Source: an uncultured Sulfitobacter sp.
GTDB lineage: Bacteria; Pseudomonadota; Alphaproteobacteria; Rhodobacterales; Rhodobacteraceae
Reading direction: 5' to 3'
Assembly: GCA_937138475.1 (NCBI GenBank)
Contig: CAKZPD010000015.1
Location: 6,256-70,255, forward strand
DNA length: 64,000 nt
The notes beneath the pieces were generated by a model. That model saw only the letters and a program-made list of their open reading frames with translations. It made no database searches and had not been told where the DNA came from. Made by a program: the position numbers and the translations under genes. Below, one piece after another: positions 46,484-55,651 of the stretch. Every line of letters starts with the position of its first letter. Position 1 is the stretch's first letter.

Positions 46484-48892
46484 ATGAAAACCACCACCCG
46501 TGTTGTCGTCATCGGCGGAGGCGTTGTAGGCGCATCTGTTCTGTATCACCTGACCAAATTGGGGTGGTCCGATGTCATGCTGCTTGAACGGTCTGAATTG
46601 ACGTCGGGATCGACATGGCATGCGGCGGGCGGGTTTCACACGCTGAATGGCGATACCAATATGGCCGCGCTTCAGGGGTATACCATTCGTCTTTACAAAG
46701 AGCTGGAAGAGATCACCGGCATGTCCTGCGGGCTGCACCATGTGGGCGGCGTGACCCTGGCCGACACCCAAGAGCGGTTCGACATGATGCTGGCCGAACG
46801 GGCCAAGCACCGCTTTATGGGGCTGGATACCGAAATCGTCGGCCCCGAGGAAATCGCCAAGATCGCCCCGATCACCAATCTGGATGGGATTATCGGCGGG
46901 CTTTATGATCCGCTGGACGGGCATCTGGATCCATCGGGCACCACACACGCCTATGCCAAGGCGGCGCGCATGGGCGGGGCCACCATTGAAACCCATTGTA
47001 TGGTGCGCGAAACCAATCAGCGCCCCGATGGCACCTGGGATGTGGTGACCGACAAGGGCACCATCCATGCCGAACATATTGTCAACGCCGGGGGCCTGTG
47101 GGCGCGCGAAGTGGGCGCGATGGCGGGCATTTATTTCCCGCTGCACCCGATGGAGCATCAGTATATCGTCACCGATGACATCCCCGAGATTTACGAGATG
47201 GGCGAAGAACACCCCCATGTGATGGACCCGGCCGGGGAAAGCTATCTGCGCCAGGAAGGGCGCGGGTTGTGCATCGGGTTTTATGAACAGCCCTGCAAAC
47301 CCTGGGCGGTCGATGGCACACCATGGGATTTCGGCCACGAGCTGTTGCAGGATGATTTCGACAAGATCGAAGACAGCATCAACTTTGCCTACAAGCGCTT
47401 TCCGGTGCTGGCCAAGGCAGGCGTCAAATCGGTCATTCATGGCCCGTTCACCTTTGCCCCCGATGGCAACCCGCTGGTGGGTCCGGTGCCGGGCGTGCGC
47501 AATTATTGGTCGGCTTGCGGGGTTATGGCCGGGTTCAGCCAGGGCGGCGGCGTTGGCCTGACCCTTGCGCAATGGATGATCGAGGGCGAACCCGAGCGCG
47601 ACGTGATGGCCATGGATGTGGCGCGATTCGGCAAGTGGATCTCCCCCGGCTATACCCGCCCCAAGGTGATCGAAAACTATCAAAAGCGGTTCTCGGTCGC
47701 TTATCCCAACGAAGAGCTGCCCGCCGCGCGGCCCAACCGCACCACGCCGATGTATGACATCTTTACCGGGATGGGGGCGGTCTGGGGTCAGCAATACGGC
47801 CTTGAGGTGGCCAATTACTTTGCCCAGGGCGATGAGCCCACCTTTGAAACACCGTCCTTCCGGCGGTCGGATGCCTTTGACGCCACCGCCCGCGAGGTCA
47901 AGGCCGTGCGCAGCGGCGTTGGCATCAACGAGGTGCAGAACTTTGGCAAATACCTGATCAAGGGCACGGGCGCGCGCGCATGGCTGGACCGGGTCATGGC
48001 AGGCCGTGTGCCCAAACCGGGCCGCCTGTCGCTGACGCCGATGCTGTCGGAAAAGGGCAAGCTGATCGGGGATTTCACCATTTCCTGCCTGTCCGAAGAG
48101 GAATTCCAGCTGACCGCATCCTATGGGGCGCAGGCGTTCCACATGCGCTGGTTCTTGCAGCATCAAGACGCCGATGTGCAGATCGAGAACATCTCGGATC
48201 AGCGCACCGGGTTCCAGATCGCCGGCCCCAAGGCCCGCGATGTTCTGGCCGCCTGCACCCGCAGCGACATCAGCGATATGAAATTCCTTGATGTGCGCAA
48301 GATCACCGTGGGCATGACCGACTGTATCGTGCAGCGCGTCAGCTATACCGGCGATCTGGGGTTCGAGATCTATTGCGATCCGGTCGGCCAGCGGGCGCTG
48401 TGGACCGCGCTGTGGTCCGAGGGGCAAAAGCACGCCATGGTGCCCTTTGGGATGCGGGCGATGATGTCGCTGCGGCTTGATAAATTCTTTGGCAGCTGGA
48501 TGTCCGAATTTTCCCCCGATTACACCGCGGCGGAAACCGGGCTGGATCGGTTCATCAGCTTCAAGAAAAACACCGATTTCATCGGGCGGGCCGCGGCAGA
48601 GGCAGAGCGCGCGAATGGCACCGCGCGGCAGCTGGTGGCGTTTGAGGTCGATGCGCTGGACGCGGATGTGCATGGCTATGAGCCGATCTGGCTGGACGGC
48701 GAAGTGGTCGGGTTCTGCACCTCGGGCGGGTATTCGCACCACACCGGGACATCCATTGCCATGGGGTTCCTGCCCACCCACCGCGTGGCCGAAACCCCCA
48801 GCGTCGAGATCGAGATCCTCGGCCAGATGCGCCCCGCGCGTATGTTGACCGAGGTGCCATTCGACGCCGATGGCGCGCGGATGCGCGGCTGA
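46484..48892 (+). CDS. Dimethylglycine/sarcosine dehydrogenase family oxidoreductase, paralog 2
   Basis: 802 aa with VVIGGGVVGAS, TSGSTWHAAG and a GcvT-like C-terminal half. By eye it is roughly half identical to paralog 1. Confidence 0.9.
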   Translation: MKTTTRVVVIGGGVVGASVLYHLTKLGWSDVMLLERSELTSGSTWHAAGGFHTLNGDTNMAALQGYTIRLYKELEEITGMSCGLHHVGGVTLADTQERFDMMLAERAKHRFMGLDTEIVGPEEIAKIAPITNLDGIIGGLYDPLDGHLDPSGTTHAYAKAARMGGATIETHCMVRETNQRPDGTWDVVTDKGTIHAEHIVNAGGLWAREVGAMAGIYFPLHPMEHQYIVTDDIPEIYEMGEEHPHVMDPAGESYLRQEGRGLCIGFYEQPCKPWAVDGTPWDFGHELLQDDFDKIEDSINFAYKRFPVLAKAGVKSVIHGPFTFAPDGNPLVGPVPGVRNYWSACGVMAGFSQGGGVGLTLAQWMIEGEPERDVMAMDVARFGKWISPGYTRPKVIENYQKRFSVAYPNEELPAARPNRTTPMYDIFTGMGAVWGQQYGLEVANYFAQGDEPTFETPSFRRSDAFDATAREVKAVRSGVGINEVQNFGKYLIKGTGARAWLDRVMAGRVPKPGRLSLTPMLSEKGKLIGDFTISCLSEEEFQLTASYGAQAFHMRWFLQHQDADVQIENISDQRTGFQIAGPKARDVLAACTRSDISDMKFLDVRKITVGMTDCIVQRVSYTGDLGFEIYCDPVGQRALWTALWSEGQKHAMVPFGMRAMMSLRLDKFFGSWMSEFSPDYTAAETGLDRFISFKKNTDFIGRAAAEAERANGTARQLVAFEVDALDADVHGYEPIWLDGEVVGFCTSGGYSHHTGTSIAMGFLPTHRVAETPSVEIEILGQMRPARMLTEVPFDADGARMRG

Positions 48893-48975
48893 TCAACGCC
48901 GAGGACAGCGAGGATTGCTGCGGGGGGCTGATGCCCCCCGTTTGCCTTTGCACGGGGCGCTGTTAAGGTTTGCCC

Positions 48976-49578
48976 ATGAACGATATTGCGATCTTGATCC
49001 TTGCGGCGGGGCGGTCGGCCCGGATGGGCGGCGTTGACAAGCTGATGGAGCCGGTGGCCGGGGTGCCCCTGTTGCGGCGCACGGCGCAGATTGCGCTGGC
49101 GGCGCGCGCGGGGCCGGTTTGGGCGGTGCTGCCCCCCAAGCAACCGGGGCCGGACCTGCGCCGCGCCGCGCTGAGCGGGCTGGATGTGCATATCTGCCGG
49201 GCGGTCGATCCGGCGCGCGGATTGTCGCACAGCCTGCAAGTCGGGATCGCCGCCCTGCCCGCCTGCACGCCGGCGGTGATGATCCTTTTGGCCGATCTGC
49301 CAGCGCTGGAGAGCACGGATTTGAACAAAGTTCTGATCGCCGTGCAGCGCGGCGGCCCCGCCGAGGTCTGGCGCGGTGCCACGCAGGACGGTCTGCCCGG
49401 CCACCCGATCGTCTTTGCCGCCAGCCGGTTTGCCGCGATCAACGCCCTTGCCGGGGATAAGGGGGCGCAGGATCTGGCCCGTGATGCGCAATTGGTGCCG
49501 CTGGCCGGTCAGCGGGCGCGCTGGGATCTGGATACGCCCGAGGATTGGCGGCGCTGGCGCGCGCAAGAGGGCGCCTGA
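48976..49578 (+). CDS. MobA/MocA-like nucleotidyltransferase (molybdenum-cofactor cytidylyl/guanylyl-transferase family)
   Basis: 200 aa with N-terminal ILILAAGRSARMGGVDKL and the LADLP motif. An AAGG RBS precedes the ATG at 48976. Confidence 0.75.
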   Translation: MNDIAILILAAGRSARMGGVDKLMEPVAGVPLLRRTAQIALAARAGPVWAVLPPKQPGPDLRRAALSGLDVHICRAVDPARGLSHSLQVGIAALPACTPAVMILLADLPALESTDLNKVLIAVQRGGPAEVWRGATQDGLPGHPIVFAASRFAAINALAGDKGAQDLARDAQLVPLAGQRARWDLDTPEDWRRWRAQEGA

Positions 49579-49650
49579 CGGACCCGGCGGCGCCGATGTC
49601 GCGCAAATGGCCGGGCGGATGGCCAGGGCGGGAGCCTCCGGCGGGGATTA

Positions 49651-49752
49651 GAGCGTTTCGGCTTTACCAAAAATGATCACTCATCACCTATTGCGCCCAA
49701 AATCTCGGATTTCAGGCAGCGATAGGTGATTCAAGTTGAAGCCGAAATGCTT
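49651..49752 (+). mobile_element. MITE-like hairpin element, copy B (102 bp)
   Basis: See copy A. TA flanks lie at 49649-49650 and 49753-49754. It is embedded in the host repeat (49626-49650 and 49753-49767). Confidence 0.75.
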
Positions 49753-49852
49753 TAAGAACAAAAGAAGGGGCGCGGCGCGGAAAATTGCGCCCGCTGGATC
49801 ACAGCGGCCTGCACGGCCAAGGGGCCGGCAGTTAATCGGGGTGCGGATGAGT

Positions 49853-49936
49853 TGGTACCCAAGGCCGGACTCGAACCGGCACGCCTCGCGGCGGGAGATT
49901 TTGAATCTCCTGCGTCTACCATTCCGCCACTTGGGC
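49853..49936 (-). tRNA. tRNA-Leu (anticodon CAA), CCA encoded
   Basis: The reverse complement reads GCCCAAG-TG-GCGGAATGGTAGACGC-A-GGAGA TTCAAAA TCTCC-long variable arm-GCCGGTTCGAGTCCGGC-CTTGGGT-A-CCA. Confidence 0.9.
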
Positions 49937-50052
49937 ACTGAGGGGGATGTAACGCGACTGTGCGGGCTGGGCAAGCGGATTTTCACCCGCGTCTGCTTGA
50001 CGGCCCTGCGAGGTCGTGGTTTTCCTGCGGGGCACAATAAAAAAGGGCAGAT

Positions 50053-50631
50053 ATGATCCGCAGGCTTTATGATTGGGTGCTGGGATTGGCCGAGCATCCG
50101 CAGGCGCTTTGGGCTTTGGCGGCGGTTTCTTTCGTTGAAAGTTCGGTGTTTCCGATTCCGCCCGATGTGTTGATGATTCCGATGATTCTGGCGCGGCCGT
50201 CGCGTGCCTGGCTGGTGGCGCTGGTGGCTTTGGTGGCATCGGTGCTGGGCGGGCTTTTGGGCTATGGTATTGGGGCGCTGGCGTTTGACAGCCTGGGCGC
50301 GCCGATCTTGCACAGCCTGGGCAAGGGCGATGCGATGGCGGCCTTTAACGCGCGGTTCAACGATATGGGGTTTTGGGCGGTATTGACCGCCGGCGTGACC
50401 CCGTTTCCCTATAAGGTGATTACCATCATGTCAGGCTGGAGCGGCATGCCGCTGGGGACGTTCCTGGCCACATCGGTTTTGGCGCGCGGGCTGCGATTCT
50501 TTTTGGTGGCGGGGCTTTTGTGGAAATTTGGCGCCCCAGTGCGGGCGTTTATCGAACGGCGGCTGGGGCTGATGTTCAGCCTGTTTGTCGCCGTGTTGTT
50601 CGCGGGATTTTTTGCGGTGCGGTATCTATGA
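50053..50631 (+). CDS. YqaA/DedA-like membrane protein
   Basis: 192 aa. The motif FVESSVFPIPPDVLMIPM is typical of the YqaA family. Confidence 0.8.
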   Translation: MIRRLYDWVLGLAEHPQALWALAAVSFVESSVFPIPPDVLMIPMILARPSRAWLVALVALVASVLGGLLGYGIGALAFDSLGAPILHSLGKGDAMAAFNARFNDMGFWAVLTAGVTPFPYKVITIMSGWSGMPLGTFLATSVLARGLRFFLVAGLLWKFGAPVRAFIERRLGLMFSLFVAVLFAGFFAVRYL

Positions 50632-51122
50632 GCGTGCGATGGATCATCACCCTGGCGGCGGCGGGGTCGGCGGCGCTTTTGCTGGGGGCTTGGGGGTTTC
50701 AATATCTGGGCGGCATGGCGCCGTGCAAGCTGTGTTATTGGCAACGCTATCCGCATCAGGCGGCGGTGTTGATCGGGCTGGTGGCCTTGATCTGGCCGCG
50801 GGTCTGGCTGGCGATTGGCGGGGGCGTGGCGGCGGCGGCAACGGCGGCGATTGGCGCCTATCACAGCGGGGTTGAGGCCGGGTTTTGGCAGGGGCCGACA
50901 TCGTGCACATCGGCGGCGGTTTCGGGGCTGAGCGCCGAGGATCTGATGGCCCGGATCATGGCCGCGCCCCTGGTGCGTTGCGACGATATCGCCTGGCAGA
51001 TGGCGGGGATCAGCATGGCCGGCTGGAATGCGCTGATGTCTTTGGTGCTTTGCGCGGTCTGGCTGTGGGCGGCTTGGTCTATTTACGCGCCGAGAGCAGC
51101 AGCGACGTTTCCGAGGCGGTGA
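50628..51122 (+). CDS. dsbB: DsbB-family disulfide bond formation protein
   Basis: Four-TM protein with CKLC in the first periplasmic loop and a second Cys pair. The ATG at 50628 overlaps the yqaA stop (ATGA). Confidence 0.8.
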   Translation: MSVRWIITLAAAGSAALLLGAWGFQYLGGMAPCKLCYWQRYPHQAAVLIGLVALIWPRVWLAIGGGVAAAATAAIGAYHSGVEAGFWQGPTSCTSAAVSGLSAEDLMARIMAAPLVRCDDIAWQMAGISMAGWNALMSLVLCAVWLWAAWSIYAPRAAATFPRR

Positions 51123-51498
51123 CGCCGTCGATGCGGCGGATGTGGAACAGCGCCTGGTCGAATTGTTCCAAGGTCGCGGTGCCAATTTCGACAATCACAT
51201 CCCAGCGCCCGTTGGTCGAATAGATCGAGCGCACCTCGGGCAGGCCATGCAATTGCCGGATAATCCGGTCGGTGCCGCGCCCTTCGATTTCGATCATCAT
51301 CAAGCCACGCACCGGATCGACCAGCTGGTCTTCTTTCATCACCACGCGAAACCCAAGGATATCGCCGCGGGCCCGCAGGCGGGCGATGCGGCTGCGCACC
51401 GTGGTGCGGGAAATCCCCACAAGCGCCGCCAAATCGCTGAGCGCCATGCGCGCGTCGTGGCGCAGGGCGGCCACCAGTTTTTTGTCCGTATCGTCCAT
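51079..51498 (-). CDS. Lrp/AsnC family transcriptional regulator
   Basis: 139 aa with an HTH (LSDLAALVGISRTTVRSRIARL) and a RAM-domain-like C-terminus. It is divergent from the arginase gene. The track ORF is heavily over-extended. Confidence 0.85.
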   Translation of the reverse strand: MDDTDKKLVAALRHDARMALSDLAALVGISRTTVRSRIARLRARGDILGFRVVMKEDQLVDPVRGLMMIEIEGRGTDRIIRQLHGLPEVRSIYSTNGRWDVIVEIGTATLEQFDQALFHIRRIDGVTASETSLLLSARK

Positions 51499-51606
51499 TT
51501 TAACATCCGTTTTGATCAGTATGTAAGCAATATGGTCAAAATGTAGCCTTGTCCATGTCACAAAATGCGCGGTATTTCGGGGAAACTTGGAAAGGATGCG
51601 CAGCCC

Positions 51607-52527
51607 ATGGCACAGAAAACCTGCATTTTGATCGGCGCCCCGATGGACAGCGGCAAGCGGCGTACGGGCTGTTTGATGGGGCCAGATGCCTATCGCACGG
51701 CGGGGCTGCGCGCGGCGCTTGCGGATCTGGGGCATCACGTCCTGGACGAAGGCAATTGCCAGCCTGATCCCTTTACCGCCAGCCCCCACCCCAAGATTCA
51801 CGCGCTTGAGGAAACCATCGCCTGGACCAAGGCGTTGGCGCGGGCGGCCCAAGCGGCGCTGCCGCGCGGGGTGCCGATCTTTTTGGGGGGCGATCATGCG
51901 CTGTCGCTGGGCACGGTGTTGGGGGCGATGCGCCATGCCGCCGATGTGGGGCGGCCGCTTTTTGTTTTGTGGCTGGACGCCCACAGTGATTTTCACACCC
52001 CCCAGACCACCGATTCAGGCAATCTGCATGGCACGCCGCTGGGCTATGTCACCGGGCGGCCGGACTTTGATGGTTTTGACCCGATCACCGCGCCAATCCC
52101 GCAGGAAAACATCGCCATTATTGGTTTGCGCTCTGTTGATACCGCCGAGCGGCTGGCGCTTCAGCAAAGCCAGATCACCCGCGTGGATATGCGCGATATC
52201 GACGAAGGTGGTATTGCCCGCCCGCTGGCGGCGTTTCTGGACCGGGTTGCGGCGGCAAATGGCATGTTGCATGTATCGCTGGACGTTGATTTCCTGGATC
52301 CGATGATTGCCCCGGCGGTTGGCACGACGGTGCCCGGCGGTGCCACCATCCGCGAAGGGCATTTGGTGATGGAAATGCTGCACGACAGCGGGCTTATGAC
52401 ATCGCTTGACCTGGTGGAACTGAACCCCTTTTTGGATGAACGCGGCCGCACCGCCCAGGTGATGGTCGATCTGGCGGCCTCGGCGCTGGGGCGGCGGGTA
52501 TTCGACCGCCCGACCCGCGCCTATTAA
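51607..52527 (+). CDS. rocF: Arginase
   Basis: GGDHALS, DAHSDFHT and SLDVDFLDP Mn-binding motifs. It is paired with ornithine cyclodeaminase. Confidence 0.9.
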   Translation: MAQKTCILIGAPMDSGKRRTGCLMGPDAYRTAGLRAALADLGHHVLDEGNCQPDPFTASPHPKIHALEETIAWTKALARAAQAALPRGVPIFLGGDHALSLGTVLGAMRHAADVGRPLFVLWLDAHSDFHTPQTTDSGNLHGTPLGYVTGRPDFDGFDPITAPIPQENIAIIGLRSVDTAERLALQQSQITRVDMRDIDEGGIARPLAAFLDRVAAANGMLHVSLDVDFLDPMIAPAVGTTVPGGATIREGHLVMEMLHDSGLMTSLDLVELNPFLDERGRTAQVMVDLAASALGRRVFDRPTRAY

Positions 52528-52544
52528 CGGAACTGGACCCTGAT

Positions 52545-53621
52545 ATGACCCAACTTGCCCCCTCGGCCAAGGCGCTGGTGCCTTTTGTATCTGTCGATCA
52601 CATGATGAAGCTGATCCATCACATCGGCATTGAACCGATGCTGCGCGGGCTTGCCAGCTATATCGAGTCCGATTTCAAACGCTGGGAGCTGTTTGACAAA
52701 ACGCCTCGGGTTGCCAGCCATTCGGCCGAAGGGGTGATTGAGCTGATGCCGACCTCGGATGGTGAGGTCTATGGCTTTAAATATGTCAACGGCCACCCAA
52801 AGAACACCGCCGAAGGGTTGCAAACGGTCACCGCTTTTGGGCTGTTGGCGGATGTGGGCAATGGCTATCCGGTTTTGCTCAGTGAAATGACCCTGCTGAC
52901 GGCGATGCGCACGGCGGCCACCTCGGCCCTTGTGGCGCGTGTGCTGGCCCCCAAAGGCAGCACCACCATGGCGATGATCGGCAATGGCGCGCAATCGGAA
53001 TTCCAAACCATCGCGATGAAGGCGATCTGTGGTCTGACCCATGTGCGGCTTTTTGATACCGATCCGGGGGCAACGGCGAAATGCGCCGCCAATCTGGCCG
53101 GTTACGGGCTGCACGTCACTGCCTGCAACTCGGCGCAAGAGGCCATTCTGGGCGCGCAAATCATCACCACCTGCACAGCCGACAAGCAATATGCCACGAT
53201 CCTCAGCGACAATATGGTGGGCGCCGGGGTGCATATCAACGCGATTGGCGGCGATTGCCCCGGCAAAACCGAGCTGGCGCCAGCGATCCTGCATCGGTCT
53301 GATATCTTTGTGGAATACCCCGAGCAAACCCGGATCGAAGGCGAAATCCAGCAGTTGGCTCCGGACCACCCGGTGACCGAAATCTGGCAGGTGCTGACCG
53401 GTCAGGCGCCGGGGCGCAGCGCCGACAAGCAGATCACCCTGTTTGACAGTGTCGGCTTTGCCATCGAAGATTTCAGCGCCCTGCGCTATGTGCGCGATCA
53501 GATTAAGACAACCGGCCTGTTCCACCCGCTGGATTTGCTGGCCGACCCGGATGATCCGCGTGACCTTTTCGGAATGCTCGATCGCGCAGCGCCGCACCCT
53601 CACGTCGCAAGCGCCAAATAA
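52545..53621 (+). CDS. ocd: Ornithine cyclodeaminase
   Basis: 358 aa of the mu-crystallin/OCD family with a Rossmann motif (IGNGAQSEFQ). This is the classical arginase-ocd pair of alphaproteobacteria. Confidence 0.9.
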   Translation: MTQLAPSAKALVPFVSVDHMMKLIHHIGIEPMLRGLASYIESDFKRWELFDKTPRVASHSAEGVIELMPTSDGEVYGFKYVNGHPKNTAEGLQTVTAFGLLADVGNGYPVLLSEMTLLTAMRTAATSALVARVLAPKGSTTMAMIGNGAQSEFQTIAMKAICGLTHVRLFDTDPGATAKCAANLAGYGLHVTACNSAQEAILGAQIITTCTADKQYATILSDNMVGAGVHINAIGGDCPGKTELAPAILHRSDIFVEYPEQTRIEGEIQQLAPDHPVTEIWQVLTGQAPGRSADKQITLFDSVGFAIEDFSALRYVRDQIKTTGLFHPLDLLADPDDPRDLFGMLDRAAPHPHVASAK

Positions 53622-53631
53622 AATATCGCGT

Positions 53632-53654
53632 GCGCGCCGCAGGCGCGCTCCTTT
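53632..53654 (+). terminator. Candidate terminator of ocd
   Basis: GCGCGCC-GCA-GGCGCGC hairpin followed by TCCTTT. The loop is short and the U-tract weak. Confidence 0.45.
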
Positions 53655-53744
53655 GGATCACGGCGATCATGATCGGCGGGATGGTCACGGGATGGGTCGC
53701 GGCGCGGCGGGGTGGCGACGGGGTGCAGTGGCCCCTGTTGCCTT

Positions 53745-54872
53745 CTATTGCGCTGTCACATCAACGCCATAGATCCAGTCAAACGCCCGCATCATCCGCT
53801 CTGGTGCCAGTTGCGATCCCAGGCGCAGGCCCAGGTGCGCGGCTTGGCGCAGCGGCCCTTCGCGCAGGTGATAGCGCCGGGCATTGGCATTGGCCGCCGC
53901 GACCACCTTGACCGCCCGCGCCCGGCGCAGGCGCGTCAGGGCCGGGCCGCCATGGGCGGCCAGCACCCAGGCATCCTCAAGCGCCAGATTGGCGCCTTGC
54001 GCCATGAACGGCAGGGTCGGATGGGCGGCATCCCCCAAGATCGCCGCCCCGTTGCGATACCAGCATTGGGCGACGTCGTGGCGAAACAGCCCCCACAGGT
54101 GAACCTGTTCAACCCGCTCCAGCAGCGCGCGCGCCGGGCCGGTAAATGTTGCAAAAGCGGCCCGCAAATTGGCCGGGTCATCACGATGAAACCAACCCTC
54201 TTGCGCCCAATCTTTGCGCTCTTGCACGGCGACGATGTTGGTTAATGACCCGCCGCGCAGCGGATAGCTGACCATATGCGCCCCCGGCCCCATGGTCACG
54301 CGCGCCACCGGCTGTTCCATGCCTGTCGGCGTTTCAACCAGCGCGCGCCAAGCGACTTGCCCGGTAAAAAACGGGTCCGAGGCAGGGTTCAGCGCCGCGC
54401 GGACAACAGAATGCAGCCCGTCCGCCCCGATGATCAGCTCGGCGTGCGCTGTGCCCATTGGGCCGTGCAACCCGTTGTTGGTCAGGCCGGACATCCGCTG
54501 CCCCAGGTGGATCTGAACCCCCAGCGCCGCCGCGCGTTCGGCCAATGTTTCAATCAGGTCGGCGCGATGAACAAACAAATAACGCTGATCGCGCAGCCGG
54601 CCCAGATCAAGCCGGGCAACCGTGCCGGCGCGCTTGTAATCGGCCAGAACCACGGCGCGGGCCTGCACCGATCCGCGCGCCATCAGCGCCGCTTCAACCC
54701 CCAGCGCCCGCAGCACCACCAGCCCATTCGGGCTGATTTGCAAACCGGCGCCGACCTCGGTGATTTGCGCCGCCTGCTCAAAAATCTGCACTTGGGTGCC
54801 GCGCTGCGCCAAAGCAATCGCCGCCGCCAATCCGCCGATACCGGCCCCGACCACGATTGCATCTTTAACCAT
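53745..54872 (-). CDS. FAD-dependent aromatic-ring monooxygenase (salicylate/3-hydroxybenzoate hydroxylase-like)
   Basis: N-terminal VVGAGIGGLAAAIAL, and GDAAHPTLPFMAQGANLALED. Confidence 0.8.
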   Translation of the reverse strand: MVKDAIVVGAGIGGLAAAIALAQRGTQVQIFEQAAQITEVGAGLQISPNGLVVLRALGVEAALMARGSVQARAVVLADYKRAGTVARLDLGRLRDQRYLFVHRADLIETLAERAAALGVQIHLGQRMSGLTNNGLHGPMGTAHAELIIGADGLHSVVRAALNPASDPFFTGQVAWRALVETPTGMEQPVARVTMGPGAHMVSYPLRGGSLTNIVAVQERKDWAQEGWFHRDDPANLRAAFATFTGPARALLERVEQVHLWGLFRHDVAQCWYRNGAAILGDAAHPTLPFMAQGANLALEDAWVLAAHGGPALTRLRRARAVKVVAAANANARRYHLREGPLRQAAHLGLRLGSQLAPERMMRAFDWIYGVDVTAQ

Positions 54873-55052
54873 TCTTGTGCCTTTCAAAGCAAAAAGCGCC
54901 GTGGCCATTGGCCCGGCGCCTTAAAGTGCCCCCTTGGGGTCTTGGTGAACCCCAGTCCGGGCCAACCAGCCTGCCACGATCATTTGCTGCCGTGCAGCAG
55001 ATCGGCAGCGCGCCCCAGATCTGTCCCAGATCTGTTTCAGCCCCGGCGCGCC

Positions 55053-55475
55053 TTAATCGTCGCGGTGCACTTTTTCGCGCCGCTCATGACGTTCTTGGGC
55101 CTCAAGGCTCATGGTGGCGATGGGCCGCGCGTCCAAACGCTTGAGCGAGATGGGATCGCCGGTGACGCTGCAATAGCCAAATTCGCCCTCGTCTATCCGG
55201 CGCAGCGCCGCGTCGATCTTGGACACCAGCTTGCGCTGACGGTCGCGGGTGCGCAGCTCAAGCGCGCGGTCGGTTTCCTCCGAGGCGCGATCTGCAACGT
55301 CTGGAATATTCCGGGTGCCGTCTTGTAATCCTTCTATCGTGTCCTTGCTTCCGGCCAAAAGCTCTGCACGCCAATTCAATAATTTACGTCTAAAATATTC
55401 AATCTGCCGATCATTCATAAATGGTTCATCATCAGCAGGTCGGTAATCGTCAGCAAGAAACAATTCTTGTTTCAT
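55053..55475 (-). CDS. dksA: RNA polymerase-binding transcription factor DksA
   Basis: 140 aa with the coiled-coil tip motif DVADRASEE and a TraR/DksA-type C-terminus. An AGGGGAG RBS precedes the start. Confidence 0.9.
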   Translation of the reverse strand: MKQELFLADDYRPADDEPFMNDRQIEYFRRKLLNWRAELLAGSKDTIEGLQDGTRNIPDVADRASEETDRALELRTRDRQRKLVSKIDAALRRIDEGEFGYCSVTGDPISLKRLDARPIATMSLEAQERHERREKVHRDD

Positions 55476-55651
55476 ATGGCTCCCCTTAACGTGGATGACA
55501 TTCGTTAAATCCGTCATATCCGCCTGTCCCTTGGGCCAAAGCCCCCTCTGGCCCAGCATCTACCGCAGGTAATGTGGATTGTCACTACACAATCCCGTCG
55601 ATTTGCGGCAAAACCACCTGCAACGGCAGACAGCAAAAGGGTGACAAGCAG

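Noticed and set aside
49684-50313. Track ORFs spanning the repeat elements and tRNA-Leu (49684-50313 minus, 49736-50056 plus, 43627-43833 minus, 43685-43891 plus).
   Set aside because: They run through a tRNA gene and non-coding repeats, and their translations are low-complexity. The repeat copies differ by an indel, which would break any shared frame.
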